Shown here: in pieces, positions 11,273 through 22,586 of the stretch
Numbering within the stretch: the stretch's first letter is position 1
How the letters are laid out: each line of letters opens with the position of its first letter
Assembly: GCA_012862495.1 (NCBI GenBank)
Contig: BLSG01000210.1
Span: forward strand, 17,242-49,593
Source of the DNA: Thraustochytrium aureum
Taxonomy: Eukaryota
Direction of reading: 5' to 3'
DNA length: 32,352 nucleotides
Position numbers and translations under genes: made by a program
The notes under the pieces: model-generated
What the model was told of the DNA's origin: nothing
The model's input: the letters and a program-made list of their open reading frames with translations, nothing else
Database searches by the model: none

Positions 11273-14200
11273 ATGACGACGAAGAGCAAGGCCGAGGTGT
11301 GGGAGGACCGGTTCCTGGAGCTGCGAGACGAGCATGAAAGGGTCAAGAAGCAAAACAATGAGCAGGCTCGCGTCATCAAGCAAATGTACACAAAGCTCCA
11401 GATGATTGACGGCGCGATGGCTAAACGGGGCAGCGGTGCCGATGGCGCTGAACGCGACGAGCCTGCCGCTGGGCCCGCGAACGAGGAGAGGCGCGGGCCG
11501 CCGGGAGGGCCGAAGCGCCTCGACAAGGACACCGAAGCCCTTCTTTTGAGCTTGCGCAGCGACAACCAACGCCTCCGAAAGGAAAACCTGGCGCTTCGCG
11601 AAAAGCTGCGGCAAGAGCAGGCCGGGACGCTGGGGAGCGCCCGCAAGCCCTCGCGCACCAACCTCCAAGCCAGCCACGGTGCTCGACCAGGAAGCGCCCG
11701 CAAGGGCGGCGCCGGCGCGGCGCGTGGCTCGCTGGTCGGAACCCTTGACGAATACGAGTTGAAATCAAGCGGCGCTGGCGCAAGCAATCAGCAGCAAGAG
11801 CTCGTCGGGAACCTCCGCAAGCGTCTCCTCGCGACTGAGGAGCGCATGAAGGCCCTGCACGACCAGAACAACGCTCTTCGGCGGCGACTCGAGTCCGCCG
11901 GACGCGAAAACCACAACAGCAGCAACACCGGCAGGGCAGGCGGCAACGGCCTGTCGCCCAGACACCAAAGCAGCTGGGGCTCTCCCCGCGCACAGCCGGC
12001 GCTCCGGCCGGCTTCTCCGCCAGGCCACTCGAGGATGGCGGATTCTGCAGCCGTAGGCCACGACATAATCGCACTGCAGCGCGAGCTCAAGGACAAGGAC
12101 GCCCATGTTCTCATCGTGAAAAACCGGTACGACCACCTGGAGGCGAAAGCACGCGCGGCTGCAGAGATCCACGAGAGGACAGTGTACACGCTCGAAGAGG
12201 CGAACCGCACGATTCGCGACCTCCGGCGCAAGATCCAGGCTGTGCAGCACGAAAATGAGATCATGGCCGAGCAAAAGGCGCGCGCAGAAGACCTCGAGGT
12301 GGAGCTGGCAAGCGCGCGCGAGGAGTCGCGCAAGCTGGAGGAGCGCATGACCGCGCTCTGCGAGAGCCCCTTCATCAACGACGCGTTTGAGTCGCGCACT
12401 CGTGTCGACAAGCTTGTCGCGCTCGAGCGCGGGGACCGGCAGCAAAAGGTGCAGATCGAGCACCTCAAGGAGACGGCGAAGATGCACCATGCGGAGATCC
12501 TCGCGCTCAAGAGCAGCTCGGAGCAGCTCGCGCGACATCGAGACCAGCTCGCCAAGGACAACCACGAGCTCAAGCTGCGGCTCGAGCAGCTCCAGCGCGG
12601 TGCAGGAATTCTCGAGGACAAGATGCGACTTTACAGCGGTGAGGCCGGCGTCGACTCGTCCGAGCTGGAAAAGGCCCTCACCATCGTCAAGCGAAACCAG
12701 GAGAGCATGGGCACCGTCGGGTTCATCGACCCCTCTGGCGCCAGTCAAGGAGGCGGGGAGGGCGTGGTGGCGAAGCAGCGGCTGCAAGAGCTGCAAGTCG
12801 TGCACCTCAACACGTGCCGCGAGCTAGAAATGACCGAGCGAATGCTCAAAGCGCAGAGCTCTATCAACAAAGACCTCAACGCTGAGATCAAGGAGCTGGA
12901 AGCCAAGCTTAAGGGAAGCAACAACGAGCTGCACCGCAAACTTGACGACTACGAAACCCTCTGCGCCAAGCGTCTGCAGAAGATCCACGCTCTCGAGGCG
13001 CAAGTCAAGCAGCTCCTGAAGCGCAAGGACCGCCAGCACGGCGCCATGGGGAGCGCGCGTTCGGGCAAGTCGCCTCGCGCCGATCTCGACGACGACGACG
13101 CGGTCAGCGTCGCGTCCTTGGCCGCAAGCGAGTCGGACTTTGGGCCTGGCGAGAACCTCGTCGAGATCTGGATCATGTCAGCCTCTCTGAACGACGCCAA
13201 GGTGGAGCCGGGCGCGACGACCTTCGTCATGCTCGACTTTTATGACTACGAGACCCAGACGTCGCCGCTCCTCACAGGGCTCAAACCGGCGTTCGACTTT
13301 GCTGCCACCTACCGAGTCACCGTGGACCACTTTCTGCTTCGGTACTTGTCGAGCGAGACGGTCACGCTCGAGCTCAACCGCACAAAGCACGCCGACTACG
13401 AGTTGCTCGGCCAATGCACGCTCTCGATGCGCACCCTGCTGGAGGGGTCGGGCAAGATCCGCATCGATGACGCCGAGATCATCAGCGTGCGAGACGGCTC
13501 GGTGATCGGGACCTTCCAGCTCTGCATCCGCCTCGCCCTGCCGATCGCCGAGCTCTTCCAGCTGTACTTGCGCGAGGTCCCCGGCGAGCGCGAGCGCTTC
13601 GAAAAGCTTCGGCTCGCAGACCGGCAAGAGCACGACTCGGTTCTCGCCAGGGCCAAGGCGCAAAACCAGCTCGAGGTGACAATCGTTGCCTGTGCCGGCC
13701 TGGGAAGCACGAGCGGCGCTCGACCGCCGTGCCCGTTTGTGCACTTTCAGCTGCTCAGCTTCCCTGACTCGTTCACGCAGATCGTGCAACAATCGACTGA
13801 CCCTGTCTTCGACCAGCGCGTCCCGTTCCCGATGCTTGTAGACAAAAAGCTGCTCCGGTACCTCGAGCGCGAAAAGCTCGAGATCAACGTGCTCGACGAC
13901 AGCGAGGAGGCCAGCGAGGGCGGCGAGGGCTCGGATGGCGTCCTTGGCAAGGCCCTGGTGCCCCTCGGCGCGCTTGCCAAGGGCGAGCCCGTCTCTGGCT
14001 CGTTCAGCTTGCGAGACGCGGACGGAAAACAGGCAGGCTCTATCACGATTCGCATNNNNNNNNNNNNNNNNNNNNNNNNNNNNNNNNNNNNNNNNNNNNN
14101 NNNNNNNNNNNNNNNNNNNNNNNNNNNNNNNNNNNNNNNNNNNNNNNNNNNNNNNNNNNNNNNNNNNNNNNNNNNNNNNNNNNNNNNNNNNNNNNNNNNN

Positions 14201-17200
14201 NNNNNNNNNNNNNNNNNNNNNNNNNNNNNNNNNNNNNNNNNNNNNNNNNNNNNNNCGCCTGGCGGTCGCCGCTCATCGCGCTTGAGGACGCCGAGGTCCA
14301 TGCTGTGGCTGGGGCTCGCGAGCTGAGCGAGGAGCAGGTGCGGCAGCTCATCAAGCGGTTCGACCTGAACGGGAGCGTCGACTGGCGGGCCTTCCTCGCG
14401 CTCTCCTCGCCCGGGAACGAACAGCTCCAGGGTACGCAGACTCGCCTGCGGCGGATCTTGCGCAAGGCGGCCGAGAACGGCGTCAACCTGCGCAGCACCT
14501 TTGTCCACTTTGACAAGAACGGCGACGGTGTCATCTCCCCGCTCGAGCTGCGCACGACCATGGAGGAGCTCAATTTTCGCCTGCAAGAGAGCGATCTCGA
14601 GGCCCTGGTGCGCCATTTGGACAGAAACCGCGACAATCGCATTTCATACGAGGAACTGATCGCTTTTGCGGCGCCGCCGTCCGAGGCGGCCCTCCTCGTC
14701 GAACGCAAGCTCCAAGCTGCTCTCGGTGAAATGGCCCAAGACGGGGTCGACCTGCAGCGCCCTTTCAAGAAGCGCGAGGTGGAGGGGCTTCTCAGCGTGC
14801 GTGACTTCTGCAAGGCTCTGCGTGACCTCGGTTTTGAGCTTGTTGACCGCGAGCGCCCGCGCGCCGACCCCAGGCAAGAGCCCGACTTTGTGCAAGACTC
14901 GAGCGACGACGAAGGCGCGACGCGCGGCAAAGGAGGGGAGAGGACACGCAGAGGAAGCGGCTCGGGCCGCGGCGCGCAGCCCACGGGGGCAGCAGCCGCA
15001 GACCTGGAAGATGAGCTGCAAGACGACTCGGCACACCGCGAGGGCCAAAGCAATCTGGACGAAATTTTCGAGAAGAAGCGAGCCGAGTTCCAAGAGCGCA
15101 TCGCCCGTGCGGCTCAAGCGTCGGAGAACGCCTTTGACGAGCAAGACTCGGCGGAGCGCGACCTTATTTTGCACACGTACGGGACAGGGGCAGAGCCTTC
15201 CGCCCTCCGAGTGCAAGCCCAATTTCGGGGCTTTCGCGCGCGGCGCGGCGCCCAAGATGGCAAGCTGGCGCGCGGGGTTGCCCAAGCCTCGGCGGCGCTT
15301 GTAGAGGCGGAGGACGCGCTCCGCGCGGCGCTCGCGCAGAGGGAAAAGCGAGGCAAGGGTTTCGACTTGCGCCAGGCCTTTTCTCGGCACGACAAATCCA
15401 GATCGGGATTCCTCTCTGTTGGTCAGTTCATGCGCGCTCTGGCCGAGAGCGAGCTTGGGCTGGTGTCGTCGCACGCGAGCGCCCTGGCTGCGCACTTTAC
15501 GGTCTCGGACAGTCCCGCCGCAGACGGCTCGTCGAGGGCCGCAGTGGACTATAGTGAATTCTGCAAGTTTGCCCACTACCAAGCCCGCGACGTGTCCGGG
15601 ATCTCTGTGCTCGCGCGCAACGCGACGCTGCAGGTGCACGACGAAACTCCTTTTCGCGCAGCCGATCGCGACCGCACCGGCCGTCTCAGCAGACGCGACT
15701 TTGTCGCGTGCCTGCGCAGGAACCAGGCTTTCCGGGCGCTCGGCTCGCACGATACAGGCGCTTTGGCCGACGTTTTCGACGTTGAAGGCGACGGCGAGAT
15801 CGACTATGCCGCTTTCTTGCGCTGGGCACAGGGCCAGCCGCTTGCCGTCGCTCTCGTCGGAGTTGAAGCCAAGCTCCGCGCGCTCATCAAGCGTGCGGCC
15901 ACCAAGGGGGTCGACTTGGACCGCTCCTTCCACCATTTCGACAAGAATGGCGACGGCTCAGTCTCGCGCTCCGAGTTTCGCCAGGCTCTGCGCGAGCTCG
16001 GGTTTGACGTCTCCACAAAGGAAGTGCACGCCTTGTTCGCGCGTTTCGACCCTGGCCGCCGCGGCTCCATCTCGTACCGCGACTTTGTCCGCTTCGTGAC
16101 GGACGAGTCCAGCGCTTCGCGTGTCGCGCAAGACGCGTCGACGCGGCAACCAGACCTCGGGGTCGCGCAGAAGCGGCTCCAGAACGTAGTGCGCAGCGCG
16201 CAGGCGGTGGGCCTTGCGATCCATGGGCCCTTTGAGCACTACGATTGGAGACGCGCTGGCCGCATCTCTCGCGACATGTTTGGCCGCGCCTGCGCGCTTG
16301 CCGGGCTTCCACTCTCTGTGGCAGAGCTCGACGGCTTGTCGATGATGTTTGCAGCGGACACGGGTGATTCGGTCAAGTACCGCGACTTTGTGGACTGGTG
16401 CACGCCGCGCCGCGCCAGCGCGCGCGACGTCGTGGAAAAACTCCGCCTCATGTTCTCCGGCAAAACGCGCATGGATTTGGGTACGGCGTTCAAGCACTTT
16501 GATGCCAAAGGCAACGGGGAGATCTCCCGCCGCGACTTTGGGGAAGGGCTCAAGGCGCTGGGCATGGAGCTCGGTCGAGAGGAGCTCCTGTCGCTGCTCG
16601 CTCAGTTCGACCGCGACGGGGACGGCTTTGTGCAGTACCGCGAGTTTGTTCAGACACTCTCGGGGCCGGCAAAGCGCGGCGAAGCCCGTTCGGGCAGCTC
16701 GCCTGGCCACCAGCGCGGCGCAGCATCCACAACGAGCCCGCGCAGGAGCCCCCGCAGTCCGATTCCTTTGGCGAACGCCAGGCTGCTGCGTTGCAGGCAG
16801 GTCCTTGAAGCCTGCGACCGCGAGTTCAGCGGGCGCGTCTCCGTCGCGGACTTTGAGCGCTGCATGGAGGAGCTTGGTGTCGAGGACGCGGACGCTATGG
16901 CCTACATTGTGCCCGGTGCCTCACGAGAAAGCCCCGGAGCGACAGTTCAGTACAAGCTGTTCCTTCGCGACCAGGAAGGGAACCAACAGTTTATCGACAG
17001 CGTTGCTCGCAAGGTCAGCGAGCAAGTGCGCAACCGCGCAAAGGCGGCCGGGGGCGACTACAGCGTCCCTTACGACCACTTCAAGTCAGCAGAGGACGGA
17101 ACGATGACTACTCAGAGTTTCAAGGCCGGCCTTGACGCGCTCGAGTTTGACCTCACCGAGGGAGAGGTCCACGCTTTGCTTGACAAGTTTGACAGGAACG

Positions 17201-20183
17201 GAGACGGCACGGTCTCGTTTCGCGAGTTTGTCGACACGGTCCTTCAAACAAACAACGAAAGCCCCCGCGCTGAGCTCGCCAACGCTCCGCAGGACTTTGC
17301 TCTTGGTGCTGCCCAGTTTCGTATGCTGATGCAGCGGCTAATCCACGGGGCCCGGCGCCGCGGCGTCGCGCTGCGCGGCCTTCTGGAGGCCTATGACAGG
17401 GACTCGACCGGCCTGGTTGGCGTGGAGGAGTTTCTCTCGGCGATGCACAAAGTCGACCCAGATGTCCCGGCGCCTCCTCTGCGCGAGCTCGCCGAGGCCC
17501 TCGACAGCGAAAGCGACGGCCGCGTCAACTACACCCACTTTCTGCACGGCGCGGACGCCGAGTTTGTGTCTCGACGCGGGCTGTGGACGCTGGAGGAGAC
17601 GCTCAGGTCGATGATCCGCGAGCAGCAGCGCTTGCAAAAGAGCATCCGAATTCCATTTTCGCACTTTGATCGGAAGCGCAAGGGCCGCTTTGACCTGAAA
17701 GCATGGCGGCGCGCTGTAGAGGACCTCGCTCTCGAGGCTTCGGAGGCCGACCTGGTCGACCTCTTCTTGCGGATCAACCTGTCCGGGTCTGGCAAGGTGA
17801 CCCTGAACGAGTTTGTGGTGTTCGTTTGCGACCCCGAATTTGCGGCTGAGCTCGAGCGTCGCGTGCGCAAATTGGTCCTGTCCAGCGTCGTCCTTGGCGA
17901 ATGGCCGCGCGATGACAGCGCCGTGCGCAAGACGCTGAAGGACTGCTTGGACGGGGAGGACAGCAAGCTCGACCGGCACTCGCTCAAGACGGCGCTGCGA
18001 AAGCTAGGAGTCGACCTGCCGCGCGAAGATGTTGTGCGGGTCATTGCAAGGTACGACGCCGCCGGCAGCGGGAGGGCTCCGCTGGAGGACGTTGTGGCGT
18101 TGCTTGAGCAGTGCGCAAAGCTTGGCCGACAAGCGGCCACAATCTGTGACCGCCTCCGCCGCCTCTTGGGCGACAAGCTGCGCTCCGAGCCGTCGTTCTC
18201 GATCAGGGCGCACTTTGCGGGCATGCCTGCTGGCGGCGTCACAGGCAAGAGCGCCTTTCTCAGGCAGCTCAGTGCTGCCCAGCTTGGCTTGGACGAGCGG
18301 GATGCCCAGAGACTAGCTGACTGCTTTTCGTTCGGTGCACCTGGCGCCGCTCCAGCCGCCGAGGTGGACGTCGAGGAATTCCTTGACTATCTCCTCAGCA
18401 ACGCCGGCGTCGGATTTGAAGCGGCCGCCTCGCCGAGGCGCAAGTCCGCTGGCGGTGGAGAAGAGTCAGACGGGAGCGATGGCTCCGAGCGTAGAGCGCG
18501 TCGGGGCAAACCCGTGGATGGGCGTGCCGACGAAGTCGTGGAGGAGGTGACCCGCGAGCTCAAAAGTTGATCAAGCGCGCCAAGCACCGCGGCACGGACT
18601 ACCGCAAGGCCTTTGAGCACTTTGACAAGGACTACAGCGGGGAGATCAAGGAGGACGATTTCCGCACAGGGCTCGAGCAACTCGGCTTCAAAATCTCTGA
18701 CAAGATCTCGCGCGAGCTGTTCCGAAAATTTGCTGGGGGGCGAAAGGGTTCGATCAAGTACCGGCAATTCCTGCGCCAACTGGTCCCTGCAGAGGAGCTA
18801 TTCGTCGAGGAGGTGGCCACGAAGCTGCGAAAGATGCTGCGGGAGCGCATCGAGTATCACGGCGGTGGGGCCCAAGGCGCCAAGAAGACTTTTCGGCACT
18901 TTGAGCTCGACTCGCGAGGGTACGTCTCGCGCCCGAGCTTTCGCGACGGCCTTGAGGCGCTAAGCTTTGAGCTCACGGATTCGGAGGTCCGCGCCTTGGT
19001 CGACAAATTTGACCTCGACGGGAATGGCAAGATCAGCTTTGACGAGTTCCGCAAGTTTGTCGACGGGGTCGACGCCTCCGCCGGTCGCAAGGAGCGTTTG
19101 AAGGGCGTGCGGGCTGCTGACAGCGAGGCAGACGAGATCGCCGTGCAGCTCAAAGCCCTGGTCCGCAAGGCAAAGCGCCAAGGCGTGGACTATCGGCAGT
19201 CGTTTGAGCACTTTGACCCACACTACACGGGCTACCTCGACAGCGCCGACTTCAAGAAGGGATTGCAAAAGCTCGGCTTCGACGTGCAGCCGCTGCACGT
19301 CCGCGCCCTGATGGAGAGGTTTGCGAGCAAAGACGGACGGGTGCGATACCGCGACTTTTTGAAATTCGTGGCTCCTCGCGAGGAGGCTTCGGCACTTGAA
19401 GTCGCTGAGAAGTTTCGCCGCATGCTTGGCAAGGTCGGGAACCTGCGCAAGGCGTTCAAGCACTTTGAGCGAAATCGGGACGGAAACATCTCGCGCAAGG
19501 CGTTCCAGCGAGGCATGCAGTCGCTCAGTTTTGACCTGAGCGACTCTGAGGTCAGGGTTCTGCTGGACATCTTCGACGAAGACGGGGACGGCGAGATCTC
19601 GTTCGATGAGTTCGTCGATTTTGCGAGCGGGTCAACGACGCGCGGTGGAGGCCGGGCGGGCAAGTCGTCGAACGGTCGCGCGGCCTTGGATTCAGAGGAT
19701 GAAGACTCTGGCTCTGAAGGCGGCGGTGCAGGTCCGAGCGCCGAGACGATCAGCATTCACTTGCACCAGCTCAAGCTTGCCAAGCAGAGCGGCTCATTGG
19801 AGCGTGTCTACGTGCAGTACAAGCTGCCCGAGCAGGAGTTCCTCCGCACCGGCGTGCTGGCTGTGGAGAATCCCCGCAAAAAGCAAACGCTCCAAGTCGA
19901 GCATGACAAGCACATCCCTGTGCCGGCGGGCTCGAAGGCCCGCAAGGCCATCAAAGCGGCTCTGCGGACCGACAAGTGCAAGCTGCAGCTGCAGGTCATG
20001 GGGGTCAAGAGCTCCGGGCGCACCAAGCTTCTCGGCCAGGCGCACGTCGACCTGCAGGACCTGCTAGAGGACCTAAGCGACATGGTCGGCCAGGATGTCA
20101 GCGTGTTCGATGAGGACGACCAGGTCGTGGCCAAGGTCAACCTCACTGTCAAGGCGCTCGACGCCCTCCAGCTCATGCAGTGA
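11273..20183 (+). CDS. RPGRIP1L: RPGRIP1L/RPGRIP1 (fantom/MKS5)-like transition-zone protein with a large EF-hand insertion; joins ORFs 11273, 14305 and 18567
   Basis: N-terminal WEDRFLELRDEH...KQMYTKL followed by coiled coils. First C2 from about 13148 (GENLVEIWI...TFVMLDFYDYETQTSP). Second C2 from about 13665 (NQLEVTIVAC...STDPVFD...LLRYLEREKL). C-terminal RID-type C2 (LGQAHVDLQDLL...DMVGQDVSVFD...KVNLTVKALDAL). Flanks of the 200-N gap join in frame (CGC AT|C GCC TGG = ITIRIAWRSP). Adding one A at 18562-18565 gives ELKKLIKRAK. Confidence 0.85.
14320..19625 (+). repeat. Array of about 17 paired EF-hand modules (many degenerate) plus one IQ motif at about 15199-15246
   Basis: The unit is a leader helix (KLRxLIxxA-GVD), then FxHFDxNGDGxIS, LGFDLS..EVxAL, and FDxDGDGxISF/Y. 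Canonical-looking loops include DKNGDGVISPLE, DRDGDGFVQYRE, DRNGDGTVSFRE, DLDGNGKISFDE and DEDGDGEISFDE. The IQ-like motif is ALRVQAQFRGFRARR. Confidence 0.9.
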
Positions 20184-20690
20184 GCGCCTGCCTGCGAGTT
20201 TCCTTGCGCCCTAGAAGCTCGCGAGTAGCTCTACTACTTGCCACGGTAGCTGCAGAGAGGAGAGCTACTAGATTCGATGACACACGGTTTTGGCCGCAGA
20301 GGCGCGGTTTGAGGACTTTCGTGCCAGGCTGTGGAGTCTCGATGTACGTCGAAGGGTCGGATGCGCAGCCAGCAGACTGCGCAGCCGTCAGCTCAGCCAG
20401 CTCTGTAGCTGGCGTATCTGCAGGAGCAACTGCAGGAGCACCTGAAAGCTCCACGGGAGCTTGCTCCACCTATCGTAGTCGCAGCGGCCCCAGACGAGCT
20501 AGTNNNNNNNNNNNNNNNNNNNNNNNNNNNNNNNNNNNNNNNNNNNNNNNNNNNNNNNNNNNNNNNNNNNNNNNNNNNNNNNNNNNNNNNNNNNNNNNNN
20601 NNNNNNNNNNNNNNNNNNNNNNNNNNNNNNNNNNNNNNNNNNNNNNNNNNNNNNNNNNNNNNNNNNNNNNNNNNNNNNNNNNNNNNNNNN

Positions 20691-21860
20691 AGAGACCTAC
20701 GCAAGGAATACAACCAGGTCAGAGCCAACTACAGCCGGTCAGGTTTCCACGATCCACAACACGGCGAAAAAGAAGGCCCCATGCCCAAAATTGAGGACGA
20801 GCTTTGCGAAGACTCGCGATATGCGCACTACACAACTAGCTCAGCCATGGGTGCGTCAGGCGCAGGCATCGCTGTTCCTACCAGCGAGCGAACGCTGCAG
20901 CGGTGCGCGGGTTCATGTCTCTGAATTCCTCGACCGCTCCGCAAAGCGACAGCGTTTGCACAAAGATGCTCAAGCAAACCGTGCAGAGCTCGGCGTTCTA
21001 CACAACCAAGACGTGGACGCCGATCGACGGGTTGCGGTCTTGCCGTGCAAAATCACCAGGATGGCAATTACCCCAAGCTCACGCATGCGGAGGGGCCAGA
21101 TTGGAGGAGCAGTTGTCCTTATACATGCGGCCAAAAGGCCACGGACGCCGAGGTCACGACCGTCGCCAGCTGATCCCTTGACATGGCTGAAGCGATAATG
21201 GCCAAAGCAGATGAAAGCGATCGATCAAACCATGCGCCTGCTCGTGAGAGAATTGTTTGAGCAAAACGCGAGCATTGGACAGCTCGCGAAGGAAAGAGAC
21301 GCGAGGACGGAGGGGCGAGAGGCGAAGAGCTAGGAGCGAGAGGCGAAGAGCGAGGAGCGTGAGGCCGCGAGGCTCCGCCGCAAAGAAGTAGATATCGCCA
21401 AGTTTCGCACCCTACTGGAATCATTGGGCCAGCAGATCTCCGTCCTCGAAGAAGCTTGCGCTGCCGCGGAGCGTTTTGGCGACCAACGAAAAGTCGACGT
21501 CACAGGTAAAATACTATCGAAGGTTGCCAAACTCGAGCAAGCAAAGATGAAGCGCTCTGCTGCTGAGGATAGACTTCTCGATCCGTGAAACTGAGAACAC
21601 AATAGTTCTAAAGAGCTAGCCTTGCGGTCAGCGATCACGGCGCAAGCGTGTCTCATCTCCTCGTTGATGTCGAAAGTGTCCCTGATTTACGAGACGGTGA
21701 GATCCCAGACCTGCTAGTAGATCATCGTCCGTGTCTCCGTTCAGCGTTCGCTCCGTGGCCCTACACAAGCGTCATCGAAATCGACGTCCTTGCGATGATC
21801 ACGGAGGAAGTTGTGCAGGAGCGCTGCATGTGGAGTAATTTGCCACCTTCTTGATTGATC
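20691..21860 (+). pseudogene. Decayed coding sequence (coiled coil with in-frame stops; possible transposon ORF remnant)
   Basis: The frame from ATG 21211 reads MKAIDQTMRLLVRELFEQ...GREAKS*EREAKSEEREAARLRRKEVDIAKFRTLLE...EDRLLDP*N*. TAG 21331 lies in one copy of a 21-nt tandem repeat whose other copy has GAG. GC content is visibly lower than in neighbouring genes. Confidence 0.45.
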
Positions 21861-22190
21861 AAGAAAAAGAAAAAAAGGGCTTTCGGCGAACGCCGTGACC
21901 GCCGCTGCTGCGCTGCAGCTGCGCTTTGGGACGAAGAAAAGACGATGGNNNNNNNNNNNNNNNNNNNNCTTGCGAGCCATTCGCGAAGTGTGAGCGTGGC
22001 GCGTAGGGGTGCGGCTTGCTTTGTCTGAAAGCGAGTGTTTCGGGCGCGATGCGCATCGGCGAGGCGTGCTGACGACGGACTGTTTTTCGGCAGTGCATGT
22101 AAGCAGAGCAGAAATCCACCAATGTAAGCTCCCATAATAGATGCCAGGAGGACCCCTTGCGCTCGTGCGCCGCGACCCTCGCAGGAGGCC

Positions 22191-22577
22191 GTGGGATCGC
22201 AGGGATCGAAAATTCGAAGGCGATCCCGCAAACGGACCGCGATCCCAACCTGGGAACGCGAGAGTAGACTGCAGTTGGTGGTGATTGATTGTGCGCTCTC
22301 GCTCGTACTGGAGCGCCATGAGGAGGGAGCCGCTTCTCCTGCGCGCGAGTCTCACAAATGGCGGTGGGATCGCTGGAAACAGAGGCCCAAGGGGGGGGAT
22401 CGCGTTCCCAGGTCCCGAGGTTCTCCGTTGTTGTGCCAGGTTCCGCGTTTGCCAGGTTCCGCGTTTGTCAGGTTGCCAGGTTGTCAGTTCCCAGGCTCCC
22501 AGTTCTCAGGTTCCCAGTTCTCACGTTGGGAACGCGGTCGCTGGTTGGGAACGCGGTCGCTGGGTGGGAACGATCGA
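22191..22577. repeat. Cluster of GGGA(A/T)CG motifs on both strands, a 14-bp inverted repeat and degenerate (TTGCCAGG)-like repeats
   Basis: About 10 motif copies. ACCTGGGAACGCGA (22248-22261) pairs with TCGCGTTCCCAGGT (22400-22413). TTGGGAACGCGGTCGCTGG occurs twice in tandem at about 22526-22563. Confidence 0.7.
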
Positions 22578-22586
22578 TTGCAGCGG

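Noticed and set aside
14305..18570. Stand-alone 1421-aa EF-hand gene
   Set aside because: It has no ATG start (GTG), joins in frame across the gap to the C2 strand upstream, and the downstream ORF supplies the RPGRIP1-type C-terminus.
18555..18575. Programmed ribosomal frameshift at CTC AAA AGT TGA
   Set aside because: There is no X XXY YYZ slippery heptamer, and breaks elsewhere go in both directions with no shared motif; a homopolymer error is simpler.
10592..20176. Many long antisense and alternative-frame ORFs (e.g. 11765-12805, 14644-15936)
   Set aside because: They are shadow ORFs caused by high GC and codon bias opposite a clear gene, with no motifs.
20173..20469. Minus-strand 98-aa ORF
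   Set aside because: GTG start directly after a stop codon, low complexity, no motif.
22400..22577. CRISPR-like array
   Set aside because: Repeats are short and irregular with no unique spacers of constant length, there are no cas genes, and the context is eukaryotic.
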